Positions 1-12,435 of a stretch of DNA of 64,000 bases are shown here, in pieces. The notes under the pieces were generated by a model. The model saw only the letters and a program-made list of their open reading frames with translations. It was not told the origin of the DNA and did not search any database. This DNA is from Lytechinus pictus (Eukaryota). Each line of letters begins with the position of its first letter. The stretch's first letter is position 1. Both the position numbers and the translations under genes were made by a program. The DNA lies in assembly GCF_037042905.1 (NCBI RefSeq), contig NC_087252.1, positions 15,378,001 to 15,442,000 of the forward strand, given 5' to 3'.

Positions 1-420
1 TTTCCTCACAATGTTTGAATGCAGAGTCTTGTGTACATCTTAACAAACAATGCAGGAGGGATATATATAACCCTATATGCAGTGGTCTTGTATGGCATCC
101 TTATTAATATTGACTTTTGCATTGGTAAGAGTATGGACATTGTGTATGGTAAATAGAAAACACCACGTCCGAAATAAACTGGGCCAGTTATGCAAATACA
201 AATAGATATAGGGCATGTATATAGTTCATGTATATAGTTTAGTTGATAAAATTTGTAGTCTTTCTATAGCCAATATTTTTCAGACTTTTTTAAGGAATAG
301 ATGAAGAAATGTAGATATGCATTTGGATTTTCAAACACATACTGGAAAAAAAATGTGCGTAATGAGAATAATCATTGAAACAGGAAGCAATGTGTTTAGT
401 TAGTGAAAGCCCCATAAAAA

Positions 421-850
421 GAGAGATATGGCACAAAAGAGGAAATAAACGAGAAAGAAGAAAAAGATTAGATGAAAAGAGAAAGAAAAAGTCAAGATGA
501 AAAAGGAAAGAAGAAGAAGAAAGAAGAATAAGGAGAAGAAGAATTAGAAGGAGAAGAAGAGTAGGAAGAAGGAGGAGGAGGAGAAGAAGAAGAAGTAGAA
601 GTAGAAGTAGAAGTAGAAGTAGAAGTAGAAGAAGAAGAGTAGGAAGAAGGAGAAGGAGGAGGAGGAGGAGAAGAAATAGAAGAAATAGAAAAAGAAGGCG
701 AAGAAGAATAAGAAATAGAACAAGATAGGGAAAGAAAAGAAAAAAGAAAAGAAAAAGGATGAGGTGGAGGACACGAAAAGGGAAATGAATTATACGATTA
801 CAAGATTGAGGAGAAGAAAAAAAAGGAGAAGAGAAAATAAGGAAGAAGCG
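421..850. repeat. Purine-rich microsatellite (GAA/GAG/AAGTAG)n
   Basis: Direct reading. Similar GA- or CT-rich tracts at 10500-10990, 17200-17660, 28940-29240, 42900-43060, 47130-47400, 55190-55540. Confidence 0.9.
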
Positions 851-1339
851 ATGAGAATGGGAGCTTTGTGACTAAAGTAAACTATTTTACGGAACTGAAC
901 AGTTGTTTTAAACATTTCAGTGTTATTCTTGGCCTTTTTTCAAAAACATGACTTATGGTATGTTTCCAAGTCAATGGTAACTACCATGGGAACAATGCCA
1001 GCCAGCCAATTAAAATCAAAGATTCCAAAGAAGCTACAACTGAATGATAAATATCCCCTCACCTTCATGCACCATGGCCCTTGTATGTCCCCTAAAAATA
1101 TGTCTGTCCCTCAGTTGTTATGTAGTATTGCATCAAAACAATCCCTCCCGCTAGGGGAGTGGATCATTCCAATCCAAACTGCTAAACCACAATAACACCT
1201 ACTGTGCTAGCTGTGTGGATGACTCTTCCATTGACAATAATAGGCGTGTACCAAATCCACAGTTCTCCTACACATCACATTCAACCCCCCTCATAATAAA
1301 GACACACTTCACTACTTGTCTACATATTCAGACAGGTTT

Positions 1340-1830
1340 TTGTTTCTGAAGTCATTGATTTGTCCTTGTGCATTTTTTTCATTTGTTAATTAATGTATGT
1401 CTTGTTTACATCTTGTGTTCTAACATTTCAAAAACCATGTCTTATTCTGTCATAATATAATGCTGCTGGCCATCTCTTTGATTTTTTTTCTGTAGTAGAG
1501 TAATTTTTATTTATTTAATTTATTGCACTATACAGTCTGGTTTTCTATCCCCTTTCCTTTCGAGGCCTCCATCACTTTCAAGCTCCAAGCTTAAGATGGA
1601 GGTCTCCCACATTTCTATATATATATGTTCAGTAATTAAAGAAAATGTATATATAGATATAATTTTCACAGTATACAGTTGATATTTTATAATCATTTAT
1701 GTACATTATTCATTATGTTTAAAAAACTATTTGCCTATTTATGTAATATTGAAAAAAAAAATTATTATACTTGTATATACTTTGTTTTTGTTTTGAAATG
1801 TGGAAATAAAATAAATCAAATCAAATCAAT
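1340..1830 (+). mobile_element. LINE-like 3' UTR with stem-loop and (AAATC)n tail
   Basis: Hairpin GAGGCCTCCATC (1562-73) / GATGGAGGTCTC (1595-1606). Ends GGAAATAAAATAAATCAAATCAAATCAA. Confidence 0.5.
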
Positions 1831-2184
1831 TCCAAAATTCCTATTAAAATATATTTTGTGATATAACTTTTTTCTGACAAAGTAAAGAGGGGTCAAATGT
1901 TGGTCACTTAAAAAGGAATTTTAGCAACTTTCCAAGATATTTAAAAGCCGGGTAAGGGGGGGGGGGCAGTCTTCCCACTCTGCTTGGCTTGCATAGTTAT
2001 GCACAGATAGGGAGGCTTGTTTAATGACCAAGAAAAAGATAGAGTCTACAAAAGTAAAAGGGTGAAATATGAAATAATATGTTGAATACTATGAAATTAT
2101 GAAAAAAATAGAATTTCATTTCAAAAAAGCATTTTTTGCTCCTCGGTTCACTTGCTTGCACCTATTTAGAATTAATAAAAATAA

Positions 2185-2450
2185 TAAAAATAGGCAGTTC
2201 TTATATAGTGCATATCACATTATGATTATAACGTCCCTATGCGCTTCCAAAGGACTTGGATATTATTACCCCGGCTGTAGCTTGGCAGCCGTAATTACTC
2301 AGATTACAGCGCACATGCATTTCAAGGAATTAATTCCTGTCAGGTACCCATTCACCTTACCTGGGTTGAGTGCAGCACAATGTGGATCAATTTCTTGCTG
2401 AAGGAAATAATGCCATGGCTGTGATTTGAACCAATGACCCTCTGCTGCAA
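2185..2450 (-). mobile_element. tRNA-derived SINE, same family as 18051, 5' truncated
   Basis: Reverse complement contains GGTTCAAATC and AAATTGATCCACATTGTGCTGCACTCAACCCAGG. Confidence 0.8.
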
Positions 2451-2796
2451 AGTCATTTTGCTCACTGGGTGCATCGAATGTCACCATAATCATTGCTTCC
2501 ATTTCTTTTTACATTAATCACTGGTGAGCATTGAATTTCCATTTATTGGACAATACTGTCATTTTATTTGTTGTGTCTGTTCATTAACAATTAATAATTC
2601 TTGCTTTATACAGAATAAAAACACAGAATAATATAACAGCAATAGCAATCAAATGAACATAATACATATATTACTAGAAAATACAAATTGCAATTGATGA
2701 CTGAGGTTAATAGGGTTTTTTTATGTATAACAGTGTGAATTATGTTGTATAAATAATCTTATTGATTTCATTTTTTTATAATTTCCTTATGTTATC

Positions 2797-3030
2797 GGAC
2801 ATGGTGGTGCAGTGGTAGAGTGTCTGCCTCATGAACGGGAGGTCGTGGGTTCAATCCTTGGCCGAGTCATACCAAAGACTTATAAAAATGGGACCTTCTG
2901 CCTTCTTGCTAAGCGCTCAGCATTTAGATTGGAGAAGGGTAATAATAGCAATATTATGTTATGCAGGGCCCGCTGGTAAAGCAGTTTCCTAACTGAAGTT
3001 GCTACCCTGGGTAAATAAAACATTATTATT
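2797..3030 (+). mobile_element. tRNA-derived SINE, second family (core reminiscent of MetaSINE)
   Basis: A box TGGTGCAGTGG (2805), B box GGTTCAATCC (2848). Core GAGTCATACCAAAGACTTATAAAAATGG...GCTAAGCGCTCAGCAT. AATAAA + (ATT)n tail. A further degraded minus-strand SINE lies at ~3055-3240. Confidence 0.75.
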
Positions 3031-3758
3031 TCAATTTTTATCAGTCAACCAATCCATTATTACCCCAGCATTAGCAAGGTTGATTAGGCACTCAAGCATC
3101 CAAGGAATTTCTTCATACCTGGTACCCATGTATAACACCTTCCTGAAGGATGGCATTTTACCACTTTATAATGATTTGACCCGGGATTTGAACCCCAAGT
3201 CTTGTGATTGATAATCCAGAGACTGAAGACCAAGGCACCTTCATGTTGATAAAATTATATACAATATTGATTAGAAAGGGACACAGAGCAGGTTTATAAG
3301 GGGGAGGGGCGGGGTGGCAAACTCCCCCCCCCCCTACAATCAGATGGCAATATTTATGTCTTTGTACACGTTTAATAATCATAATGATAATAATACTAAC
3401 AATAATGATAATAGAAAATTTCTTGTATAGTGCATTGTACCTTTCAAATACCTTTCAAAGTTAAGAAAAAGAAGTCCCCAGCCCCCCCCCCACTTTCCTG
3501 GTTCCTTGGCCCTTGGAATATCCTGGAATGAGTTTCATTCATCTGCCTTATTTACACTCACTTCATAAATTTTCATGTGCTTTTTATAATATTCAACATT
3601 ACACACTAAATGAGTGTTGCCCTTGTAATGGTTCCATTATCCTTGTTTACAATGTTTAATAATTTTGACCCACTTAGATTGAAATGTGATTATAACCAGG
3701 AAGGTTAGAATTTTCACATGTTATTCTAATTTATGTATGTGTGAGAAAAACAAAATAA

Positions 3759-4355
3759 AGGACAAGTCCACCCCAACAATAGTCGGATTTGAATAAAAGA
3801 GAAAAATCCAACAAGCATAACACTGATTTTATCAAAATCAGATGTAAAATAAGAAAGTAAATAAGAAAAAAAGACATTTAAAAATTTCACTTAATTTCAC
3901 AAAACAGTTATCCTGGTTGGTATGTAAATGATGAGACTTATGACATTATCCACTCACTATTTCTTTTGTATTTTATTATGTGAAATATGAAATATTCTCA
4001 TTGTCATTTTCAAGAGAAACAACAATTAATTCCTCCATGAACATGTGGAATTAGCATTGTTTAATACAATATAGTTCAGTCAAGTTGGTCCTTATTGTCA
4101 AATCTGTAAAAATTGAAATATTGTACCATTCAAACAATAAAAAACAAAAGTAAGAGTGAGTGATGGACAGCATCGACTGTCTCATTTGCATGTCACCGAA
4201 TTGTGAATATCACTGTTTTGTGAAAAATAAGCGAAACTTTAAAATGTCATAACTTTCTCCTTTTTCATCTGATTTCGATGAAATTTTCAGCGTTATGCTG
4301 GTTTGATTTTTCTTTATTTATTCAAATCAACATTTTTCTGGGGTGGACTTGACCT
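3759..4355. mobile_element. Diverged, inverted copy of the 7936-8538 family
   Basis: AGGACAAGTCCACCCCAACAA...GGGGTGGACTTGACCT. Shares internal AAACTTTAAAATGTCATAACTTTCT. TSD decayed. Confidence 0.8.
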
Positions 4356-4759
4356 TTTGTGAAGCAAAATTAAAATTTGTAATGTAAAAATGCTGTCAAA
4401 ACAGAAGTGTGCCCCCCCCCCCTTTTGAATGTGAAGACCTTTTTTTTTTTGCTACTAAATTTTTTTCGGAGACGAACTATCCTTAATTTTTGGTTAAAAA
4501 CCTTTTTTTTCTTGTAAAATTTCAAATTTTTCCTCAGAAAAATGTGTGCCCCCCCTTTTGGAAAATCCTGGATCTGCCCCTGGTGTCAACCAAGTCAAAT
4601 CTTGTTTGAACAAAAAAAAAAACTGTAAGGGGTCTAACTTGATAGACTAGTTGACCATGGTCCATGCTCTCTCATAAAGACGTGTACAATACCCATTGTG
4701 TGTGCTCTGTATATGTGTACGACATTGGGAAATACCTCGTGTATTGAATGAATGGTACA

Positions 4760-4892
4760 TGTGGATGAGAGGAGCTGGCTACTCTCTCCCAACGTGTGTA
4801 CATAACACAGACTCCTCATTCGAGCAGCAGAGCTCAGCGTGGACGTTTCTGGGTGATATCGAACGGAGTTATCCTTTCCATCTTCTTATCTT
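4760..4892 (+). other. Putative non-coding first exon of host gene (start approximate)
   Basis: GC-richer unique sequence ending at donor TT|GTGAGT (4893-4898). Pairs with acceptor TTTTTTTCATTGCTATTTATTGCAG ending at 5051 (159-nt intron). Confidence 0.5.
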
Positions 4893-5051
4893 GTGAGTAC
4901 TAGTAAAAATTGACGGATGATGCCCATTTCATTTGGATTTATAGCAAGCGGCTTTTGATTTATATTTTGATTACTCCTCGGAAAACGGATTTAAATTTGA
5001 ATAAGAAATCGGTTTTAAACCTGATATTTTTTTCATTGCTATTTATTGCAG

Positions 5052-5498
5052 GTCAGCCAGGTGGTTATCCGTGGCTGTAGATGTTTGGTGCCGCTGGCCG
5101 CTGCTGTTTGCCAAAGGAAGAGGATGAAAAGATACGCAGAAAGTTGAGAAGCGCAGTGGTGATGAGTTAATCTACAGAGTTTGATGACTTTAAACCTGAG
5201 GAATTTGGGAAAATCAAGTCATCACTTTAATATTAAAAAAATCATAAATAGCAAGGTTGATGAGAGGAGCACATCATCATATGAAATTTTGAAAATCAAA
5301 ACAAATTTTGTTGGATCAGCTGTTGTTCGGAAAGTGTAGGATTTCCCCATCTCATCTAGCTCATTTGGAGGATTCCTTATATAATTGTGGAATTCAAGAA
5401 GAGTCTTCTTCTTTTCGCCCGCTTCCTTTCTACGGTGACTATCCGAAGCCCAGCCGATGGACTAATGTAAGGGATTATTATCATTGATAAAAATCGCC
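5052..5498 (+). other. 5' UTR part of host exon 2, containing upstream ATGs
   Basis: Follows a strong polypyrimidine-CAG acceptor at 5051. Unique sequence continuing to GCCATGG at 5496-5502. Confidence 0.5.
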
Positions 5499-5577
5499 AT
5501 GGAGATTCGAGGAGGATTCGACATCATGGTGATGATAATGTGGATTGTTACATCTTCAAGCGGGAGCAACACGCAAG
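5499..5577 (+). CDS. First coding exon of a probable secreted/membrane protein: MEIRGGFDIMVMIMWIVTSSSGSNTQ + phase-1 intron
   Basis: Strong Kozak context ATCGCCATGG. Charged N-terminus, hydrophobic core (IMVMIMWIV) and small-residue run (TSSSGS). Strong donor AAG|GTAAGC at 5578. 79 nt = 26 codons + 1. Confidence 0.65.
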
Positions 5578-7839
5578 GTAAGCTCACAAAACTTCTCCAT
5601 ATAATTTCCTCTTATCCTAGCTAGCCAGCTCTAGCTTGCAATCTATTTATCCCATTCCCCTAAGGCGAATGCCTCTTCCCCTCTTCTTACTCCTACTACA
5701 AGCTTTTCCGCATTTAGGGATTCCCTCTCGTTTTCGCCTACAACAACATGCTTTTAAAACGGTGCATAAATTGAAATATATAATACTATAGAGGGGGATA
5801 ATCCTGACTTTACCATGCCAATTAGCTTCATTGTCACATATAGGGAGTGTATACAGCTGTATAGTGTGGAGATACATCTCAACAACAACCACGATACATC
5901 TCCCTCTCGTATTAACCTCTTTCAGTGATGATTTGACAGCTAGAATTTCTCTTGCTTCTCAAACCCCGAATTCCTCCCAAAACGTGATGTCAACCAAACA
6001 TTATAGAGCGTACATTCCGTGATTTTAATATATTGTTTGAATTGATTTATATATCCCAACATACATTATTTTGTCCTTGGTTTAAATTTATTTGATATTG
6101 TTAATGGTCGAGTTATTTATTTGATTGTGAAAATGGTCAAAATCTCTATGTAAGTTTTGAGCTAAGAGCAAATTTTAATGAGGCTCGTTGATCTATTTTG
6201 TATCATCTACAATTCATTTTTGAACATTTCTAAAGGCATAGGACCTACTGGACTATAATCAGTAGATAGTTTTGAAAAGATACCTCTGAAATTGTATGTT
6301 TTCAAAAAGGGGAAAACTAAGGGGTAAACCATTTGTTATTTGTTATTCCGTTGAATGATATATGTATTTCTGTACTTGCACTCGAAGCTGGAGAATAAAA
6401 GAAGAAACCATATGAAAGACATAGAGAGAAAGGAAAGGAGAGAGAGAAAAAGAGAGGGAGAGAGAGAGAGATATAATATAGAAAGATAGAGGGTGGGGGT
6501 AGGAGGGGGTAGAAAGGAAAGAAAATGTTGTTTTAAAGAAGACAAAGATTGAATAGGGAGACCATTTAATGGCAGAACAGTATTAACTTAAGATTGACTT
6601 GTTCTATGTGGATTAAGGGATTATGTAGTTGATTTAAGCTTCTTAGCAATGATGCTATAGATGGCTTCAGATGAGAGTGAGACCTCTTAAAAATTAAGAC
6701 TTTCATACATTTTAAAATCCGCAGATATCAAAAGTTGGCCTTCCCTCCAAAGTGTCAAAATGTCAATTGCTTAGTTCAGTAATATGGTTAAGTCCCAAGC
6801 TCTCTTATAAATTTATGTATTTGTTTTGTATTTTTATTGCTACTTTGTTCAGTAAATTGATGCAACTAATATTCTTGTAGAAAATGATATTAATATATCC
6901 CTAAATTAAAAGACATGTTATGAATATCAAACTGAATCAGATTATTTCTTTGATGGTTGATGAGATAATTGGAGGATTATTTATTGTTACTCTATTATGA
7001 AAAATATCTCTTTATGTTGTGTTCTTTTTGTTGTTTTAAGCGCTTTGGGCCATTTTGGGAAAAGCACAGTATAAATAATAGTAATAATAATAATAGAAAT
7101 AATGATTTATTGAAAACATATCTCTTTAATTAAGTTCTTGTAGAATTAAGTAAAAAAAAAAAGACCTCTGAACAAGTGCACCTGAATATTAATATAAAAG
7201 CTGTGCTATACATGTTTTCACTGTATATTTCCCTATATAAACCTGCATGTACCGGGGTAATGAAAGAAAAACTATATATTTTCAAAGGTTTTAACATCAA
7301 TTCATTGGTCATTGAAACATGGTGAAATTGGCATGGGATTTAGGTCTACCTTCTTTTATAAAAGTAATACAGGGTTTGTAGGTTAATCAATGATTTTCAA
7401 AGCACCAATTTTGATAATTTGCTTACATAAGGCAAGAAAGAGTCCATAAAAAGCAGGTTTTTCATCAAAAATTCAGTTCTGTAGCCGTGTTATGAACACT
7501 CATCTTGCTACTTCCAAATCTCTTCATGCGGTATTATTGATTTTTCATGGCAACGTATTCGAGGTAGATTCTGTGACGTTGGCAAGACGAGGTTAACATG
7601 CGATGTCAACGAGAGCAACGAGGGACAGAAATCTGACTTAAACTGAGCTCTATATTTCATTGATTCTGCATGACATTGAGCAGTGCAAAAATTAATTTCT
7701 TCTCTCAAACCATCCCTCACGCTGTGTCTACTTGTTGAAGCAGCAGTAATTTCATTATTATTAGTTATTACACAGAATGATGATAATTTATTTTATGGTT
7801 GATTAATGAATTAACATGAATATAGGACACATGCATCTA

Positions 7840-9050
7840 TGTACTTAATATTTATAGTCATGTGTCTATTGGTACTTAATACTCAGTCACAAAATTGTAC
7901 TTAATACTTAAAATCACATGTGTATCAGTACTTAAAGGTCAAGTCCACCCCAACAAAATGTTGATTTGAATCAATAGAGAAAAATCAGACAAGCACAATG
8001 CTGAAAATTTCATCAAAATCGGATGTAAAATAAGAAAGTTATGACATTTCAAAGTTTTGCTTATTTTTAACAAAATAGTTATATGAACGAGCCAGTTACA
8101 TCCAAATTAGAGAGTCGATGATGTCACTCACTCACTATTTCTTTTGTTTTTTATTGTTTGAATTATACAATATTTCAATTTTTACGAATTTGACGATTAG
8201 GACCTCCTTGCCTGAACCACAAAATGTTAAAATAATGGAATTCCACGTATTCAGGGAAGAATGAAACTTCATTTCACATGACAATGACGAGAAAATCAAA
8301 ATATTTCATAATTCATATAATAAAATACAAAAGAAATAGTGAGTGAGTGATGTCATCAGTTCCCTCATTTGCATACCGACCGGGATGTGCATATAACTCT
8401 TTTGTGAAATGAAGCGAAACTTTAAAATGTCATAACTTTCTTATTTTACATCCGATTTTGATGAAATTTTCAGTGTTATGCTTGTTGAATTTTTCTCTTT
8501 TTATTCGAATCAAGTTTTTGTTGGGGTGGACTTGTCCTTTAAACACTTAAAATCACATAATTTACGTATTTAATACTTAAAGTTGTGTGTGTACTTGATA
8601 CTTGATACTTCACATCATAAGAATTTTCAATTAAATTAACAAATGTATTGAGTACTTATAAACACTTTCAAATTTGATACTAAAAGTCACATGTGTACTT
8701 ACTGCTTAAAATCACATGCATATCAGTACTTAAAAACACTTAAAATCACATATTTACTTAATACTTAAAATCACATGAGTATTGGCAGTTAATAATTAAA
8801 ATCACATGAGTTCTTAATTCTTAGTCATATAAACACTTGGTACTTAAGTCATATCACAAGAGTACTTCAGTACGATTCACAAATACTTAAAGACACATAA
8901 AGTTGCATGTGTACGATAATTAAAATCAGACGTGTGTGTTTAAAAAACCACATTTTTACTTATACTTAAAATCACATTTTTACTTATACTTAAAATCACA
9001 TTTTTACTTATACTTAAAATAACATGACTACTTTATACTTAAAGTCACAT
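7840..9050. repeat. Degenerate ~25-bp minisatellite (ACTTAAAATCACAT core)
   Basis: Many copies flank the 7936-8538 insertion and continue to ~9310. Confidence 0.75.
7936..8538. mobile_element. TTAA-targeting long-TIR MITE (Kolobok-like), 603 bp
   Basis: TTAA|AGGTCAAGTCCACCCCAACAAAA...TTTTGTTGGGGTGGACTTGTCCT|TTAA. Inverted similarity extends far inward. Confidence 0.85.
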
Positions 9051-9053
9051 GTG

Positions 9054-9282
9054 CACTCTAAATTCCAAGGAATTAAAATAAATCCAGATCAGAATAGGGA
9101 CCAGCTGAATATTAAATTAAGATTTAAACTAAGTAGATTTAAATATAAAACTTAAAGATTGGAATTTATATAAATTCAAAAAGTTAATTTTAAAAGTCAG
9201 TAAAATAAAAAATAAATTCAATGTTTCGCTGGTCATTGTTCACAGAGAAGCTGGATTTATTTGAATTCCTTTATTTAGAGTG
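9054..9282. mobile_element. CACT-type MITE, 229 bp, 2-bp TSD TG
   Basis: TG|CACTCTAAAT...ATTTAGAGTG|TG. Inner IR GGAATT..AAATAAATCCAG / CTGGATTTATTTGAATTCC. Confidence 0.8.
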
Positions 9283-9328
9283 TGTTCTTAATAATGAAAT
9301 CACATAATTACTTATTATAATTCAAGTA

Positions 9329-9494
9329 CACTCGGCTGTGTAATCTTTAGGATTAACTTTCAAATCTCAAGATTTAAATTCAAATCTTTTAGATTGATAT
9401 TTAAATCTACAAGGTTTAAAACTAAATCTTATATTCGGCTGGTCACTATTCACAGCCGATCTGGATTTATTTTAAAGCCTTGATTTTTAGGGTG
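9329..9494. mobile_element. Internally deleted relative of the CACTCTAAA MITE
   Basis: TA|CACTC...CTGGATTTATTT...TTTAGGGTG|TA. Right half aligns with 9190-9282. Confidence 0.55.
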
Positions 9495-9953
9495 TATTTT
9501 GTAAGTATACTAAAGACAGTGACTCAATCTGAACAAAACTTCTATAGATAGGGGCCTTTTTGCATATTTCCTCCGGAATGCATGCATAAAGAAAAGTCTG
9601 ATTTCATATAAATCACGCCTTGGGCTCCGAATAAATGAATCTGGAATAAAGCAAAGGCAAATAAAAATTGGAAATTAAAAATGACAGGTTTCTATCAATT
9701 TCAGAGTGGACTGCATGGTCTCCTTAATTATCTAGCAGTGAATATAGTCTCCCCCTTGTTCTACTCTTTCTATAGAGACCGCGTTCCTTTTTCTTATGCC
9801 CCCCCCCCCCTTTACTTGGGAAATCCTCAGATCTCTTCCTGCAGATAAACATGGATGGAGATTAAAAAGACAGATAGGAAAAAGACACCCAGTGCACAAA
9901 ACTCTTGATTTTTTTCCATGTTTCTGTGATGAAAGGCCAGCATGTGTGACAAT

Positions 9954-10431
9954 AGGTGGTTTCAGACCGCCTCGAAGTTCGCCAGTTCCAGGTATTCTCT
10001 GATCGGGAAATTTACCCCGATCAGAAAATACCAGGTATTTTGGCGGTCTGAAAGCAAACTACGCGTAATATCCCCGAAAGAAAATACCCGATAAATAGTA
10101 GGTACTTGGCGAAATTACGAGAACTTTCGCGGGGATTTTTCCAAGGTCGTGGGTATTTTGGCGGTCTGAAAGCAAATTACGGGAACTTTTAGCCCAGCGT
10201 GTCGTTGGGTGCGGCGCCGTGCATGGGTTGCTGCTGGGCTAGTGATTTTGAATTTCGCGCCTTGCTGCTTATCAGACCATACTGCGCATGCTCGTAACTT
10301 CAGGAACTTATCCCGAAGGGTATGTTTCAGGGCGGTGTGAATGCAGGAATAATTAATGGGTATTTTTCAGCCTAAAAAAGTTCTCGTAATTTAACGGGGA
10401 TTCTTGTGATCGAGGCGGTTTGAAACCACCT
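9954..10431. mobile_element. PIF/Harbinger-like MITE, 478 bp, 3-bp TSD AAT
   Basis: AAT|AGGTGGTTTCAGACCGCCTCGA...TCGAGGCGGTTTGAAACCACCT|AAT. CpG-rich. Internal direct repeat GGTATTTTGGCGGTCTGAAAGCAAA. Confidence 0.8.
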
Positions 10432-12039
10432 AATAATAGAATATAATTTGTAGCCTGGGAGAACTGTAACTACCTTTGGGCTGATCAAGGATAACTATAT
10501 GGAAGAGAGAGAGGGGTAGACAGATGGAGAGAGAAAGTGAGAGAGAGAGAGAGGGGGAATGAGAGGGAGACATACACAGACACACATACAAAGAGAGACT
10601 GAAAAACCAAGATGGAGAGACAGGAAGAGAGAGAGGGAGAGATAGATAGAGAGATGCCTTGCAAAAAGTGAAAGGGAGAGTGAGAGAAATACAACCATTA
10701 CATGTACATAGATACAGACAAAGAGAGACAGACAAAAGCAAGATGGAGAGAGACAGGAAGAAAGAGAGATGGACTGAGAGATACAGACAAAAAAGCGAGA
10801 TGGAGAGACAGAGAGAGAGGGGCGGGGATACAGACATACAGAGAGGCAGAAAAATTCTCAATGGAGAGAGAGAGGGGAGAAAGAAGGTGATAGACAGACA
10901 AAAAAGGCCAGAGGGAGAGAGACAGAGGATGAAAGAGAGAGACAGAGGATGAAAGAGAGAGAGAGGAAACAAAACAGAGAGACGGAGACACACGGGGGTT
11001 GGGGGTTGAGATGAGGAGAGATCAGGAGCAACATTTTCCTTTTGATATAAAAATTTTGTACAATGGGAATGAAGCATATCATCAATTTACTTACCAATGT
11101 CAGGGCAAATTGGCATATAGTGCATGGTGTAATTTGGTCGTCGTTGAATAGAAGAAGGGGCTGAGAGACGGGAGCAAAAAAATGTAATATAGAAATGGAA
11201 TATTTAATGAGTGACTCACTGGGTTGAGAAATTATTCCTATGTTAGTTACTGAAAGTGGAGGTCGACGTATTTCCCTTTATCCTAACTGGTTGTGTTTGT
11301 TGAATTGAGAGAACAAAATAAAGAAAAATATGCAATATACATATATAGTATATATTATATACTGTATATATATATATTTCTAGTACAATACATCTTCTAA
11401 ATATCTTTATCATTATTATAAATATTTGTGTGCATTACTATAAATACATCAATTTAATATATCTTCTAAATATATTTATTTTTATTCTGAATATTTTCGT
11501 GCATTACTTCATACAAATTTAGTTGGACGGTATTCACTTTGAATAAAAAAAAAATTAACGTGGTAAAGATAAGTTTAAGTGCCTGATGAATAAATCACTG
11601 AGTGAAGATCTCCATACATAAATGTGTGAATTTACCTTAAACTGAATGTATAGTTTTGGCAGTTTTTAATTATTCATATATTTGAATGACGGGAGGAGGT
11701 GAGAGGGTCCAAGATCGCCATGCCCGTGACTAAGCTACTCTGCATTTTACAAAACAGATGTCTTGCTTTACAATTTCAGGGATCAATTCATGAAATATAG
11801 ATGCTTTGCTTTGAACACACTTAATATTTCATCAGGCTCCACAGCAGTCATTTAAGTACTCTATTAAGTGAAGGAGGGTTGTTGCATTGTAAAGAAAAAA
11901 AAAAACCTTTGACTTTTAGTTACTCCATGTAAAATATGCTATTCACTGTAATCCTTGATTTCTCGAGTGGATATTTAATTCCACCCACACACAAAGTGGA
12001 TAGATTTGAGGAATGCGTTGTTTTATTTTAGTCGCTTTG

Positions 12040-12435
12040 AAGTTCTGACCCGTCTTGGCATTCCATAGTCTTTCCTGGTGTGATGTTATAGGATTAATAT
12101 TCAGATTAATTAGTGAAATTCTGACTCCTGTCTCGCATTCCATATTTCGTTTTATAATGGGATTGATATTCATATTAGACAATTAAGGGAAATTCTGATC
12201 CACGACTGGCATTCCATAGTCTTATCCCGGGATGGTGTTTTAATGAGATTAATATTCAAATCAATTTAGTGAGATTCTTACCCCAATGTTGCATTCCATA
12301 CTCTTTCCTACATGTAGGATGGTGATATATTGGGGTTATTATTCAATTCAGAAAATTAAGTGAATTCTGACCCCCATGTTGCATTCCATAGTTTTTCCTG
12401 GGATGGTATTATAATAATGGGATTAATATTCAAAT
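12040..12435. repeat. Five ~75-90-bp tandem units
   Basis: GCATTCCATA at ~12058, 12136, 12209, 12291, 12381, each followed by a GATTAATATTCA-like motif. Confidence 0.8.

Noticed and set aside
10430..11097. Overlapping ORFs up to 215 aa (also at 544-774, 17125-17764, 42727-43106, 47041-47427, 61578-61975)
   Set aside because: Translations of GA/CT microsatellites (L/S/F or R/E rich). No protein-like composition.
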